64,000 nt of DNA from Pecten maximus (taxonomy: Eukaryota). This document shows, in pieces, positions 14,441 to 27,900 of this stretch (the first letter of the stretch is position 1; every line of letters starts with the position of its first letter). Under the pieces are notes generated by a model. The model was not told where the DNA came from. It made no database searches and saw nothing but the letters and a program-made list of their open reading frames with translations. The DNA is taken from assembly GCF_902652985.1 (NCBI RefSeq), contig NC_047022.1, positions 20,584,001 to 20,648,000 of the forward strand, in the 5' to 3' direction. Both the position numbers and the translations under genes were made by a program.

Positions 14441-16902
14441 TGTATTAATACCTAGGAATTCTTAAAACAATTAAGCGCTTAAAACATAAATAAATAAAAC
14501 TTACGGGAAATCTCGCTAACAATAAGTGAACGTTGATATGTTATCTGTGTGACCGTCTTTTATTTGTAATTAAGTACATGTATCAGAATGAAATATACAA
14601 ACTTAACCCATAGTGTGATCTGTAAATCAATTCAGATAGAAATTCATGAATAAGCGTTTTCATTGTTTAAGTTTCATATATCAAGATCAATTACATATTT
14701 GTATTCTAATTTTATGACAACAAAGGAGAAACATTGAAACGCGAAAAATAAAATATTCTCATTTGTAATTCATTTAAGCAACGTAATATAGATAATAGCA
14801 CAACATACACGATAGAAAAAATAACACAGCAAATGATGGACAAAACTGCTTCATACAATTACTTAATAAGATAGTAGTTTCGTATGTGTCTCCGTACTTA
14901 AAAGTGGTTTTATTTTAACCCAGGTAGAACCTATACACATGAAGAGACATGTATTGTAGCCTATCACATGATATGTCAACCCCAGACAAACCTATAAACG
15001 GTAATTATCTCTCAATGTATACAATATTGTAACCGAGCCGGTAATAGTGATTATTTTAGTCTTTTTTTTTCTTTCGAAAAATAAGGAAGCCGAATAGGAC
15101 CACAAAGAAAATAAACTTGAGATGAGCAGTGAAGTGAAGTGTCTCGTTAAACGCCATTCGACTTTTAATCTTTCCTATTTAAAAAAAAAATCGAAAAAAC
15201 TAAATTAAATTTTTGGTTTCCCGAGTAAGGATGCGTGGAGAATCACAGGGATATAAAAATCCGTGTGTGTAGCACATTTTCAGACGATTTAGGGGTTTAA
15301 TCTAGCCCGAGGGATGCCATGTTAACCGAAAATTGATTTATTTTCCTGTACTGTACACAATAGGAAATATTGAAATGCACAGTGACTTAACAGGTCCATG
15401 TGATTTTCTAACAGTCACTGCCTTATCCATTGTATTTTCTTGATGATTAACATTCTGGAACGTACACTTTTACCAGAACACAATGAATAGAATACTACTT
15501 ATAATGCCATAGCTGTGAATACAGGTCTCTCTGAAAATAACATTTTATATCTTAGTATATTGTCTTTTGTTGTTTTGAGTTCATAACACATAGACAAAAT
15601 ACCAGTTTCAAATATCATGTCGACATAATTTATCCATTGACGGATAACCACTAATTATGTCGGTCAGTAAGGCGATTTAAAAACGACTCTTCATGTCTCC
15701 ATGAAAAGAAATCATTTAGTGATGGGGGAAAACGTAACGGAAGCGAATGTTCATCAACTGGTATCATCCCACCTGACATGTTAATTAGATCGTACCCCAC
15801 CTCAACCCGATATTACGTCAGTAGTTAGGGAAGATCATCGCTGCTGTATGATTCGAACATAAATAGCCAACATGCCAAACTTTTATCAATACTTTTAAGA
15901 GTGTAGAAGGCAATATAATGAGATAAAAGTCGTTATCACATGAATAGAAATTGCAATTACTTTTAAAATGTCTTTATTAAGAGAAACAAAAAATACAGCT
16001 CTCATTGCAAAACTCAACTCTATTTTATTATTATTTTTATCATTTATTTATTTATTTGATTATTTTATTAATTTATTGATGCATTATTTGTTGTACTATT
16101 CGGCTTCAGTAGAAAATAGTTAAAATAGCTAAACTAATCCCTTTTGAATAGAACATGTGCGTGTAGTGTACATACGTTTCAGAATTTTAAAGTCTTTAAT
16201 CAGGTCAAAGACTATAATTAGTTTTAAAATTGCACCTAAACATGCTATGAATTCACTGACTTAAATTCAATTAGTATATTTACAATTCTGATTCAATTCG
16301 TATAGATAAATATTCAGACGTGACTTTCTCGCCATTTATTCTATTTTCAATATAAGGATTATAATGGTAAAATTATATCACCGACAACAATGTCGGCTTT
16401 GGTCAGTTGCAATGTGGTTTGCTTCCTCTTAAAACCATTAAAATGAAATTTAAATGCATAGGATCTGCGATAATATAAAGTATTAGGAAGAAAAGACGTA
16501 TGGGAATTTCTTTAATCCTGGATTTTACGTGGGAAAGGCGGCTTTTATATTAGACATAGTTAGGTAATCAATGAGTACATGGAAAACAATCTGCAACGAC
16601 TACTTAATTACAATTATGAAGGTAAAAATAAAATTACGTAATGCTCTTTTTCCGATTTGTTCATTCACCTTGCGAGTCGTTTCCCTGAAAACAGGAAATA
16701 CATTTCTTTCAGGGAAAACAATCATGACTTTAAAACAAAACAATTGTAAGACTTTTACTGACTTTTTAAATATGTCATGTAAAGTTACATATTGTTTTAA
16801 TTCCATGTTTGTAATATTTTCAAGATTAAGGAAATCATTAAGATACATCATAATTACAAATACTTAAGTCTGTACAGAAAATTTACCTAGCTGTTCACTC
16901 AC

Positions 16903-16980
16903 CTTGCCTGTAAGTTTATTTCTCACCCGCTTCCTTTAGAATGTTTTACCTTCTGACATGCGGAGATCGTATATATAAAG
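16903..16980 (-). promoter_or_regulatory. Candidate TATA promoter and short non-coding first exon of SLC6-A
   Basis: Minus-strand TATATATA at ~16970-16977, a strong donor AAG|GTGAGT at ~16902, and an acceptor CTAG just 5' of the SLC6-A ATG exon (~14452). No transcript data. Confidence 0.4.
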
Positions 16981-19460
16981 AAGTCTTGTCAAGTCAGGTC
17001 AGTAGTGCTTCATTTCATTGAGCAACCATAATATAATCCCGCCTATTACCGCTGCACAATACCCCCTCGTATTGAAAAACAGGCAATTATCCATAACGTT
17101 TTCCCGATCATTGTTGGCTGTTATGCTCTATTTGGATATGAAACACTTTATGTATGGAGTGTTAAGTTACTAAAATGTTTTGACCGTCGTGAGGGCACAC
17201 CAGAAGACCTAATGAATGCAAACATAAAAACAAAGTAAAGACTCATCAGCCGTTTATTATATATATCAAGTCTGAAGCCGATATTATTACACAATAAAAC
17301 ATTTTGTCTTAAGTGGAAATTAAAAAAAATCACCATGATGTTCTACTTTCCAGAACGACATACCCTGATTACAATTATATATATATAAAACGTTCTAGAC
17401 GTCTAGTCGATAAGAAGGTTTATGGAAAACATCTGTTAATTTGAATTAAATCAATTGCAATTAAAAAAAATCCTACTGAAGAATTTCAATATCGACGCAT
17501 GAATTTGTCAGTAAATGCAGAAAAACCTGGTTATTTGTATTGATATATCACATCAAATGACGGAATTTCTCTACTCAAGATATCAAACTCGCTCATCGTA
17601 AACGTGTTTTACAAATACCCGTATCAGCTTTAACTCATTAAACAATTAACCTGGTTTCTTCTTATTCAAAGTTTTACTAGTAAATGTGACCCATTTTATA
17701 GCTATTTCTATCACAATAACTAACTTTTTTGCCATTTAAAGATGTATTTGATTACACGAGTGGTTATAATATGACCATATTTACCTACGTACATTAATTA
17801 ATGTATTAACACTTTGGTTCCTCTTACCATGATTATTAATATCTATAGGGTTTTTGTATATCAGACAGCTTGATGTTAAGGTCTGTAGGTAGATACAGTT
17901 TAAATCCTTCTCTGTATTGTGGTACAGATTAAGTATATACACACAAATTTATTATCGGAAATAATCTAACCGAAACAGCTATATCACGCAATTGTAATGT
18001 ATTCAGTATTTAATTTGTCTATTTACGATAATCTATATACATACATTTTCTTTTTTCATTTGTGCAGTCTTGAGAAACTTGATGGTAAATGTTGATGGTG
18101 GATTTTGTGTTATGAGTTTAAAGTCCACTATACTATAATAGTAGAATATATGGGTAGATTAAAGTATACAAAAGAAGTTAGCCCCGACGTAAAGAAAATC
18201 CAGTTATAACTACGGTTAAAAATCCACATAAGAATCGTTCCGCTAGCTAGCGCCCGGCCCCCATTCAGTCTCCGTTAGGTCACCAGTTGGTTTCGGCCGA
18301 CCAGAGATCTTCGTTCGATATGACCGGTGTAGTTTGGTATTTTGACCCCCAGGGAAAAGTATTTTGCATTATAATATTTTTTATCTATTTATTTATTTTA
18401 ATCAACTGGATGATGCGTAAATGTAAAGGTGCATAATGGGAGAAAAATAATTATCCAATCATGAGGGCAATACCCCTCCATCCCGGCTGATATCCTTGAT
18501 TGTCTTCATTCTTCATGTGTATAAAAGTTCCTTGCTGACAAATTCTTATTAGTAGTATTTGTTCGTTTTTGTTAAGATTTGTTTTGGCTTTCTCTCTCTC
18601 TTTTGTTTTCTTTTTTGTTTTTGTTTTGTTTTGTTTATTTTTTTTGTTTTTTTTATTTTTTTATTTTTGTTGTTGTTTTCCCTTATTTGCTTTTTTGTTT
18701 GTTTAACCGTATACTTATATACTGATATTATTGATGACTACTTAGATAAATGTTATATAATGATTCGAACAAAATGACAAGAATAGAGGAATCCATTTAA
18801 AATCCCACTGTTTATCATTATAATTTCGAACAGTTAGGTTTGAACGTTAAAGTAAAGATGTCACAGCGCCGAGACCACCATCTCGAAAATGGCACTCGTG
18901 ATATAGAAATATATCTACTCAATAGCATTGACATCAATAACGCATTAACAGCGTCCTAAATATAGACTTTTAAGTAGTGAATAGTAACGATTGAATTTCC
19001 TCGTGAAATTACTTAATGATTCATTGAATTCAAAAGATAAAAACAGAGGGTCAAACTCAGGAAATATAGCGAATTCGTATGTAACTTTCGGCATTGTAAA
19101 ACATATACAGCAGCCTATTCTTATTTTCAGTCCTTCATAATGACATTGTCATGTTAAGTCGTTAATCTACAAACTTTTAAACTTTTTTATGATATTTAAT
19201 GTGTGGTTTAACAACAACTCTGTTTTAGGCTGACTTGTATCAAAGACATTCTAAATCTATCAACATTACATTGTGAGTAGATAAGGTGAGGTGTGGAGGA
19301 TTCAAACACTGGCACACCGTTAAGTAATTGTTTACCAGTTGTATAATTCATGCCAATTATTCTGCTTTTCAGGACTATCTGTATGACGGATTTGACAAAA
19401 ATAATGAATGAAAATATAATGTAATTGACATTTGCAAAAAAAATATTTCTTCGATTGCAG

Positions 19461-19610
19461 CCTATCAAACATTTGATACGGCACGCACATGAGTGCCAAT
19501 GACATCTACAGAGACTCGGAAAGGTAGGCGAAATTTACCTTGAAACAAACGTTCTTGTTTAATCTTACATGACGAGACTGGACTATTACGACGCTGTATC
19601 AATTCTGTAG
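19461..19610 (+). pseudogene. Relic terminal exon of a third SLC6 paralog
   Basis: GACATCTACAGAGACTCGGAAAGGTAGGCGAAATTTACCTTGAAACAAACGTTCTTGTTTAATCTTAC aligns to exon 14 of B (33040-33108); preceded by a CAG acceptor and ending in TGTAG like the intact stop; contains internal stops and deletions. Confidence 0.85.
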
Positions 19611-21923
19611 ATGATATGCATAGATTATGTAACATTTAAAATCAACATTTCTAGATATGTCACATGTGATCTGTAAGAAACAATGAAGAACTTAGCAAAG
19701 AGTGAGTCGAGGGCAAAAATTGACAACGCAGTTCTGTCCATATCGATTCGTTCGAGCCATGCATCACTAACAATAAAAACATCATAGACTAACAAATAAA
19801 CGTATAAGATGTGTATTATACTTATTTGCTATCGAAGTTCAATGAATTGTTTCTTATCACTTCTGGGATTTGGATTTGTGTTACAGGGGTGAAGTTGCTG
19901 TTTAATCAATTCACTTCTGTCACAGATGCGCAACTGTTATTTTACATTGTATTTGTGTCAAATGTGTGCAGTTGTACTTTTTCTAAATTGTTGAGACCTA
20001 ACATCAAGTTCTACAACTATTTAGATTTATTGCCAATGGTCAAGGTTACAGGTCAAAGGTCGCCCTTCACCAAATTTATGCTTAAGGAAAAAAACGTGTG
20101 TACAGTATCTATTGAACGTTAAGATATATTTATTTTTTATTCGCACCACACTTCACACCATCACGTGTTATGCCTGGTTAGGTTTTTAAACCTATTGATG
20201 ACGACTTTCAGTTACTGATTTTCTTCAATAAGGAGTAAAGAGGAAGAGAATGCAAATATCTTGTAAAATTTCAAATTTTGATAATTCTTTATAATGATAT
20301 AAGACGGTACAGCATTCCATTACAGTCACTTAATCGCCTGTAGTATGTTTGTATGGCTCTGTACACACGTGTAAGTGCGTAGGAGCACTGGCTCGGGTTG
20401 TGTGAATACCCAGGTAAGAACATTTACACTGTATGCTTGGTGGTGCAATATCAACGAGTGTAACGTGTAACGTTAATATGTATAGGATAACTTTGATGTA
20501 TTTAATAGTAGCAGCTAAGTTAGCTAAATAATTTGCACGTCGCTAAAATAGCCCGCTAAATGTTATCCCGTGCGTTGATAACAAACCAAAATAGAAGTTG
20601 CGGTCTGAATTGTTATATAATTTATGGTTTAATGCTAAATTGATTCCGATTTCACTCACACCTGCTTTAACTATAAAAGTGGGTATATATCATTATCAGA
20701 CCATGAAACATGCGTCTCAATCAACAGGTACAATCTACATATGTTTATAGGCCTGGTGTTGTAAACCAAAGCATTATATAAATAGCAATTACTATGCAAC
20801 ATTTTATGAAATCTTCGACATTTTATTTCGTAATAAATCAAACAGAGCATGTCAAAGCACAAAAGTCTGGGTATACATCTATAATATAACAAATGTGCAG
20901 CCGAAATTCTCCATTCTGATATCAACAGCCTGTCAAAACTGCAAACGAAAACCGCTCATTCGTTCTAACGCTATTCATAATTCAAATGGAATAATACGTA
21001 AATTCTATAAGAAGTAAATAGGTTGCAGATTTTTATACACATACAGTGTAACTGTCTCAATTATCAACGCGCATGCGTGCAAAATGTAGTGTCGGCAATA
21101 GAGTTTCGACTGTGGCTGCTGAATTTGAGAAGCAAAGTTTACATAGGACACAAATCGCTAATTGAGCAGGTATGTAGCCCTTTCCTCTATATGAATTGGA
21201 CATAAACATCAGTTATATATATATGTTCCTGTACCAAAATGAAACATATAACACCGAATGCTGCATTCGTTACGTATGAACGGTGCGCACCCGCATTTTT
21301 ACTTGTCAGTTAAAACCAGCTTCGCGTGAAATACAATCTGTTTTTTCTATAGGTAGGGTATTAAGATGAATCACATTCATATATTCATATATTATATATA
21401 TTTATAAAGTCATTCGTAATGGAATATCACTTTTAACAAAACTAGCATACAGTTCCTAAAATAAAAATGCCTTTCATTTCAAATGGTCATCATATTTGGA
21501 CGAGCTAGTACTCGTAGTAATTTCTCGGGATGTATTTGTTGAATAGGTGTGATTCAAAAGATGAAAGCCTCTACATACATTATCCTAACTGCTAACGTGA
21601 ACATGTAGTCGGGCTTTTATAACTATCCTGTTAGTTATTAAAAGTACAAATATTTCAAAAACTTTCATATGGAGAGCAAAATGCATACAGTTACTTTCAG
21701 GTCTTTCGCTCTGAATCATCTCTTTTGGTGAAGGTAGAAGTCAAGGTCATAAATTTGTCTCATTTGTATCATGTTAACAAGAATATTAATTTTGATGTTG
21801 TGAAGCAAATATTGAATGGAATTAACTAAGAAATGAAATGGCAGAAGTGAATTTGTATTCGAACAAACTCCACCTGGCTATATTTTTTAACATCTATTTT
21901 CAGAAATTAAACTTGGTGATAAA

Positions 21924-24900
21924 ATGAGTGAGAATAATGCGGTGAGCGTGAAATGGACATCCCGTGTTGAGTTTGTTGTAGCGTTGCTAGGATATTCCAT
22001 CGGATTGCCGGAATTCTGGAGAGTACCGTACCTTACGTACAGGAACGGAGGAGGTAGGCATAGAACCATAAATTTCTTGTTGACAGTGGGCGACAACAGT
22101 CAAAACAGGATACTTTAATGTGTATGGCCACCCCGAAAGCATTTTTTTCAAAGATGCTAATACGTCTATAACGATTATCTTTTTGTCTTTAATATTGTAG
22201 GTCCCTTCGTTATCGCCTATATCCTACTGATGTTGGTTTGTGGACTTCCATTGTACTTCCTTGAGATAGCTCTATCTCAGTACTCTGGCAAAGGACCCTG
22301 GAGGTTTTGGGACATCTGCCCGTTACTGAGAGGTATTAATAACAGAAAATACGCTGCACGAACTAAGGCGAAAATATCATATTATAGACATCAGCAATTT
22401 AAGTAAAAAATATGTTGGAACATAATTGTTTATGTTTATCTAATTATCACCGTCGAATATATTGTAGTTGTAGTTTTACCACTTAAATTTCGGTACATTT
22501 ACAACCATCTCGATTATCTAATTACTAAATTAATTAAAATCTAATTATTGCACCAAAGCCTTACCTGTGTGCCCTTGTATGACTAGGATAAGCAGCGTTG
22601 GTTAACATGAGAAGAAACGTAGTTGACTGACCTGTCATGCTTTGTTGATTAGCATTCGTGCCTATCTACAGATTTCCAAACTAGCGACACAATGTTTGTG
22701 ACTTTATTGGTGTGAAATAGGTCTACGTAGGGTAGATACCATCCGTTCCGACCTATATATTAGTAGCACTTTCGTAAATGCATGCTATATAAACTGTCGA
22801 AAAAATATTAATATATTTTCTATAAGATATAATTACTGAATTTTCTATCAAACTTGATATTCATTATATTATCACTTAAAATCATATCTTGATAAGACGA
22901 TTGAATACAAACACATCGTCCGATACCCACGGTTGATTGCACGACGCTACGCTACACGTAATAAGTGAAACGTGCAATCAACCGTGAATGTCCGATGATG
23001 AGTTAGATGTAGTCAAATCGACATAGACTTTGTCGTCAAAATGGCATTTTTATAGGTCCATTAAGTAAACTGGCATTTACCACAACAAACAGAGGCCCAT
23101 TTATATTTCCGTACTGAAGCAATAATCTGATATTCGGAAATCGTTTCATTATATTATAGCTTGTTATCCGATATAACGTGTTAGTTTTAATTATTTTCTC
23201 CAACGAAAATAATATTATCCAAAACGGATTTCCTAAGAGGTAAACTGTATGTCCATTCTAAGCGATACATTAATACATAATAGACTATTTATGCATATTA
23301 ATCTCTAGACTATGACTGTTCGGTTTGTCGAAAGGATACCCTCCTGCGTGAGGGCAGCTCATTGTGTTTTCAATTTTTTTCTTGAGCAATACAAATATTT
23401 GAACCTGAAAAAAAAAAGAAAAAGAAAAATAACAGAACATCACAATAAAATAAATATTGATTAACAGATTTTGTTATACATTACACAAAGTCTATGCTAT
23501 TCACATATTAGGGTGTATGGTTCAAGCAAGCAGTAGCAAGCCCTTGTGATTAGTGAATCTGAGAAGCATCTGCATATATATAGTAAATGTGCCCTATTAG
23601 TTTAACTGACGTCATACGGAACTCTTCAACGTCTGAGTTACGCAAGTTTTAAGACAAATCGCCTCCAATTAAAACATGAAATTATTGGTCAAAATATACA
23701 CTTAACAGTATATTAGTAATATTAATGACATATCACCAAAATTCGCACCTTGATTTATCAGTGGAACTACACTACATAACTATGTGGATGGCCTCATTTT
23801 TATTCAACTGACCACATTTATGACATACACCTGCAAGTCATTATGACTCAGTCGTCTCATGGTAATAATTAATCTCATATAATAAACAGTTTCCCAATAT
23901 TTTGGAAACTTAATACATAATTTCAATAACTGGGGTGGAACTAACTTTGCATGTATGAAAAACAGCATAAATACACATCTTGTTGAACCATACCTTTTCT
24001 TCGTACCCATGCACATTTTTAACTTTAGTTTTCCCCTTTCTGGCACAACCTTATTTCTGCAGTATAGAACTATACATTAACTGATTGAAAGTAATTGAAA
24101 ACAAAAATAAACAACTTTAATATCAACTTACAATTATGCATTTTATTGAACGTGACTGATCTAATAAGGATTATAGTATGATTACTGCTGACGTGCAGAT
24201 CCATGTGACGTGCACATCCATATACAGCTCTTATTGCCTCATCAACAGGAATGGGAATCGCTATTGCAGTCATCAATGGCATAAGTGCCATTAACAATGC
24301 CATCATGGAGGCCTGGGCATTAGAGTATTTCGTGAACTCGTTTAAGGCGGTTCTGCCGTGGACTAACTGTGACAATGACTGGAACACCCCTGCATGTTAC
24401 AGGGAGGGAGCACGTACAATTGCTGAAAATATGTCTTTGTACAATTTTACTGGAAACTACAGCATGACGGTAAAGTATAGTTTCAATTACACAGTCATAA
24501 TTAACTAACATCATTTTTCTATCTGTTCTTCATTTCTGTGATTTGCGTTCTCCTATCTCATTGCTGAATATAAAAATAATATTCTTGTTCGTATTATGCT
24601 TCTGTTATCTGCTGCTTCCGCTAGGTGTAGGTCATTTAAGAACATCACTACTCGTCAGAATACTGTTAGCATATTTATTTTAGTGCACTTTAATTTTAGC
24701 GCCTTAACATGTTTTTTCATAATAATGCAATGATGAATTATCGCATCAATATTAAGTTGTAAAATAAGTTTAGAAAAATAATGTTGTTTAGAGAAATCTT
24801 TCAAAGTCAAAAGGATTAAGATATATTATCACTAAATTGTAAATTTTAACAGTTCCGTCCTCTGATGCCTCTGGCTGCTGCATAAAACTCCTAAAACAAA

Positions 24901-27900
24901 AACGATTAACTGTAATACTATCCCATGCTCAGGGAGTTATCATACACAATAATGGACCCCGAGAAACCTTAAAACTAGTGTATAGCGGATGTAGTCTAGA
25001 TTAACTGTTTAGTTCTTAACAATGTGTCGGTCAAGCTAAGCATTTTTTATCAAAAATTTGTGATAAAGAAATATGCATTGTCTGTTTTTTGATATGTTGA
25101 AACGGGAATAGCAATTCCTTCAGTAGTCAACTCCCTTCGGAATTTCCAATTGAATTTATTGTCAGTAATCAACATACTATCTTAACGATTATCATAATAA
25201 AACACATATTATCACATATATCTAGTATACTTTAAAATAAAGCAGCTATTGTTTGTTTGCCTTTATGTTGTTGATTATTTTTAATATTTAGTGGCATGAC
25301 TACGCTTTTGTTTTCCATAGACTTCAGTGTTAACATTTTGTTTGATATCATTAAAATTCTTGAATTCAATATGAAAATTACGGTTTTGGGTCATTCAGCT
25401 CAAACCTTACCCAGGGTAGCCATTTTGAAAATGGGTGGATTTCGCAATGAAAATTTTCAAAATCTTATTTTTACCTGTTATTTGTAATGACCTGAACTTT
25501 TGAGGGAAATTAATCAATTGGACTTACAGAATTTTATATCAACATTACATATGGGTAGTTACCTATCAGGCTACATATCTATTTTGGAACTTCATAATAT
25601 ACTAGCCACTCAGTGGCTGCCAAACTTTTATCCCTGGCTCAACTTTCAATAAACAGGGGATGTTTCAAAAGTCTATTTTTTTCAATTGGTTGGTTGTTCC
25701 CTAATAGAATTAATATTCCAGTTATCTTCAAGCACATAAGTTTGTCCTGACTTCATCGTCAATTTAGTTTCAGTAAAAAAGTTTTCTGTAAATACCATTA
25801 TAACATTATAAAATTGTATAGGAATGTCGTTCTGATTAATCTCTTTTTACCTAATACTACATTCATGATTGTTACTTTAAGAACCTGACGTCCTGGGCGA
25901 CAAATCCAGACCAGAACGGAACCATTCACCACCCGGTTGATTCTGTGGCCGAGTTTTGGTTGTAAGTTTATACAATATACATGATTAAACATATTTACAC
26001 AGAAAAACTACAAAATTATATTTAACCACTATAAAATATCCTTCCAAATTCATTGATCAACATTTTCTCTGAATAGTTGATTATAATACAAAGTACTATT
26101 TGAGTAAAAGGGTTTATGTTATTGCCTTAGCTGTGTTATTTATATGCAGCAGAGCTCTTTTTAATGCTATCTAAGATAATGTGTACAGCAAATGAATAGA
26201 CCGATTTTTTCCTTTAACAGATTTCGGATTCTGAAAATATCTAACGGGATTAATGTCTTTGGAACCGTCAGCCTGATATTTGTGCTTTACCTATTCGTTA
26301 TCAGACTTATCGCCGCCGCCAGTATTGCAAAAAGCGTCGCAAGTATGGGAAAGGTATTCACACGCACAGTACTCTTTTCAATAAATACCAATCAAGGAAT
26401 TTAGTACAAAAAATAACAAATAGTCTGAAATATTTTTGTTTGGTATTTTTCTAATGCTTCCGTGGTGGTCGCCAATCTTGCGATCTCTATGGTGGAATGT
26501 GACTTAACCTGGATTTGACCCAGACATAGAAGACGTTAACCCTTTCGTTACACCCTGGGCCCGTTTTCATGAAATCATTCACATCCGTAAGTAAACATTA
26601 TGTGCTCAAACTCAATCTCTATCTTTTATGATTTGGAAAAAGAATAGGATATACTTAAATGAAACGAGATAATATTTTGCAAGTTCATGATTTTAACGAA
26701 TTTAAAGAAAGTCGGTTTAAGCACAGAATTCATGCATGTTAAGTATGAGAGTTAGAATAGTTTCATGAACACGGCCAATGGTCTTATTCTTCCTACTTTT
26801 TCAATAATATCAATGTATATGCATATTTTATTCGTTTCATGATCCAGTTTTATCAGTTTTGAGTCAGAATTACATTTTCGTGATTATATTGGTATTCTTT
26901 ATCATTCATGCATTAAATGCACAATTAAGAGATATATGTAGTAAAAGTCACTCTCAGCTTAAATGTCCATTGATTGCTAAGTGTATGCTACATTGGCTTA
27001 GTTACTGTTAGTCATTGGACTTTATTGATTTTATTGTTGTTATTGTTGGAATTTTATGTATTTAGAACAGATATAACAAGATAATATCACCTTTAATTAA
27101 ATGTAAGTTAAACGATATTCATTAATGCATTATATATCGATTTCTGCACATACAACCGAGGTGGGATACAGGAGCTGTTTAGTAATTGTAATAATAATCA
27201 CCAATGGTGTAGAAATCCGAAAGGAAAATCAGGGAAATTTATTGACATGAACATTCTATTGTTATAAGCCAGTATTGCATTGCAGTCCTCAGGAATATTA
27301 ACCTCTGTATCTTACAGGTATTGTATATAACAGCACTTCTACCCATGGTTTTAGTCCTAGTGATCTGGATCCGAGCTCTGACATTACCAGGGGCAACAAA
27401 AGGGATGTTGTATTTTGTATCGGCTGACTTCAGTAGGTTTGCTGACTCACAGGTGATACTTCATTTTTAATTGATGATAGATATATACTTTGTAATTAAT
27501 AGTTTCCAACAGTATTTAACGTACATTTGCCTTATAGCCATATCAATGGAAATAAGTTATTGATAATTGTGTTTATTGCTATTCCATCATATTATTCCCT
27601 GATAAGATAATTGTTCATTTATTACAAAATACGTATTATGATTTGTTCTAAATGACACTTCCTCAGAGAAAATAGTAAACATAGCTCGTCTAGTCAATCA
27701 AACGCGACGTTAAAAAGGCGACGTCCTTTTCATGTCCTTTGATGCTTTAACCAATTCAAATAGGGCTAAATCATGTCGTTTTAGCTGTGGATAGAGGCCT
27801 CATTTCAAACGTTCCTAACTCTCGGTCCAGGCTGGGGAGGACTAATGATGATGGGTGCACACAATAAATTCCGGACAAACTGCTTCCAGTATGTTTTATT

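Noticed and set aside
18559-18777. Phe-rich 'membrane protein' ORFs (also 51013-51309 and 61526-61711)
   Set aside because: Translations of T-rich low-complexity tracts.
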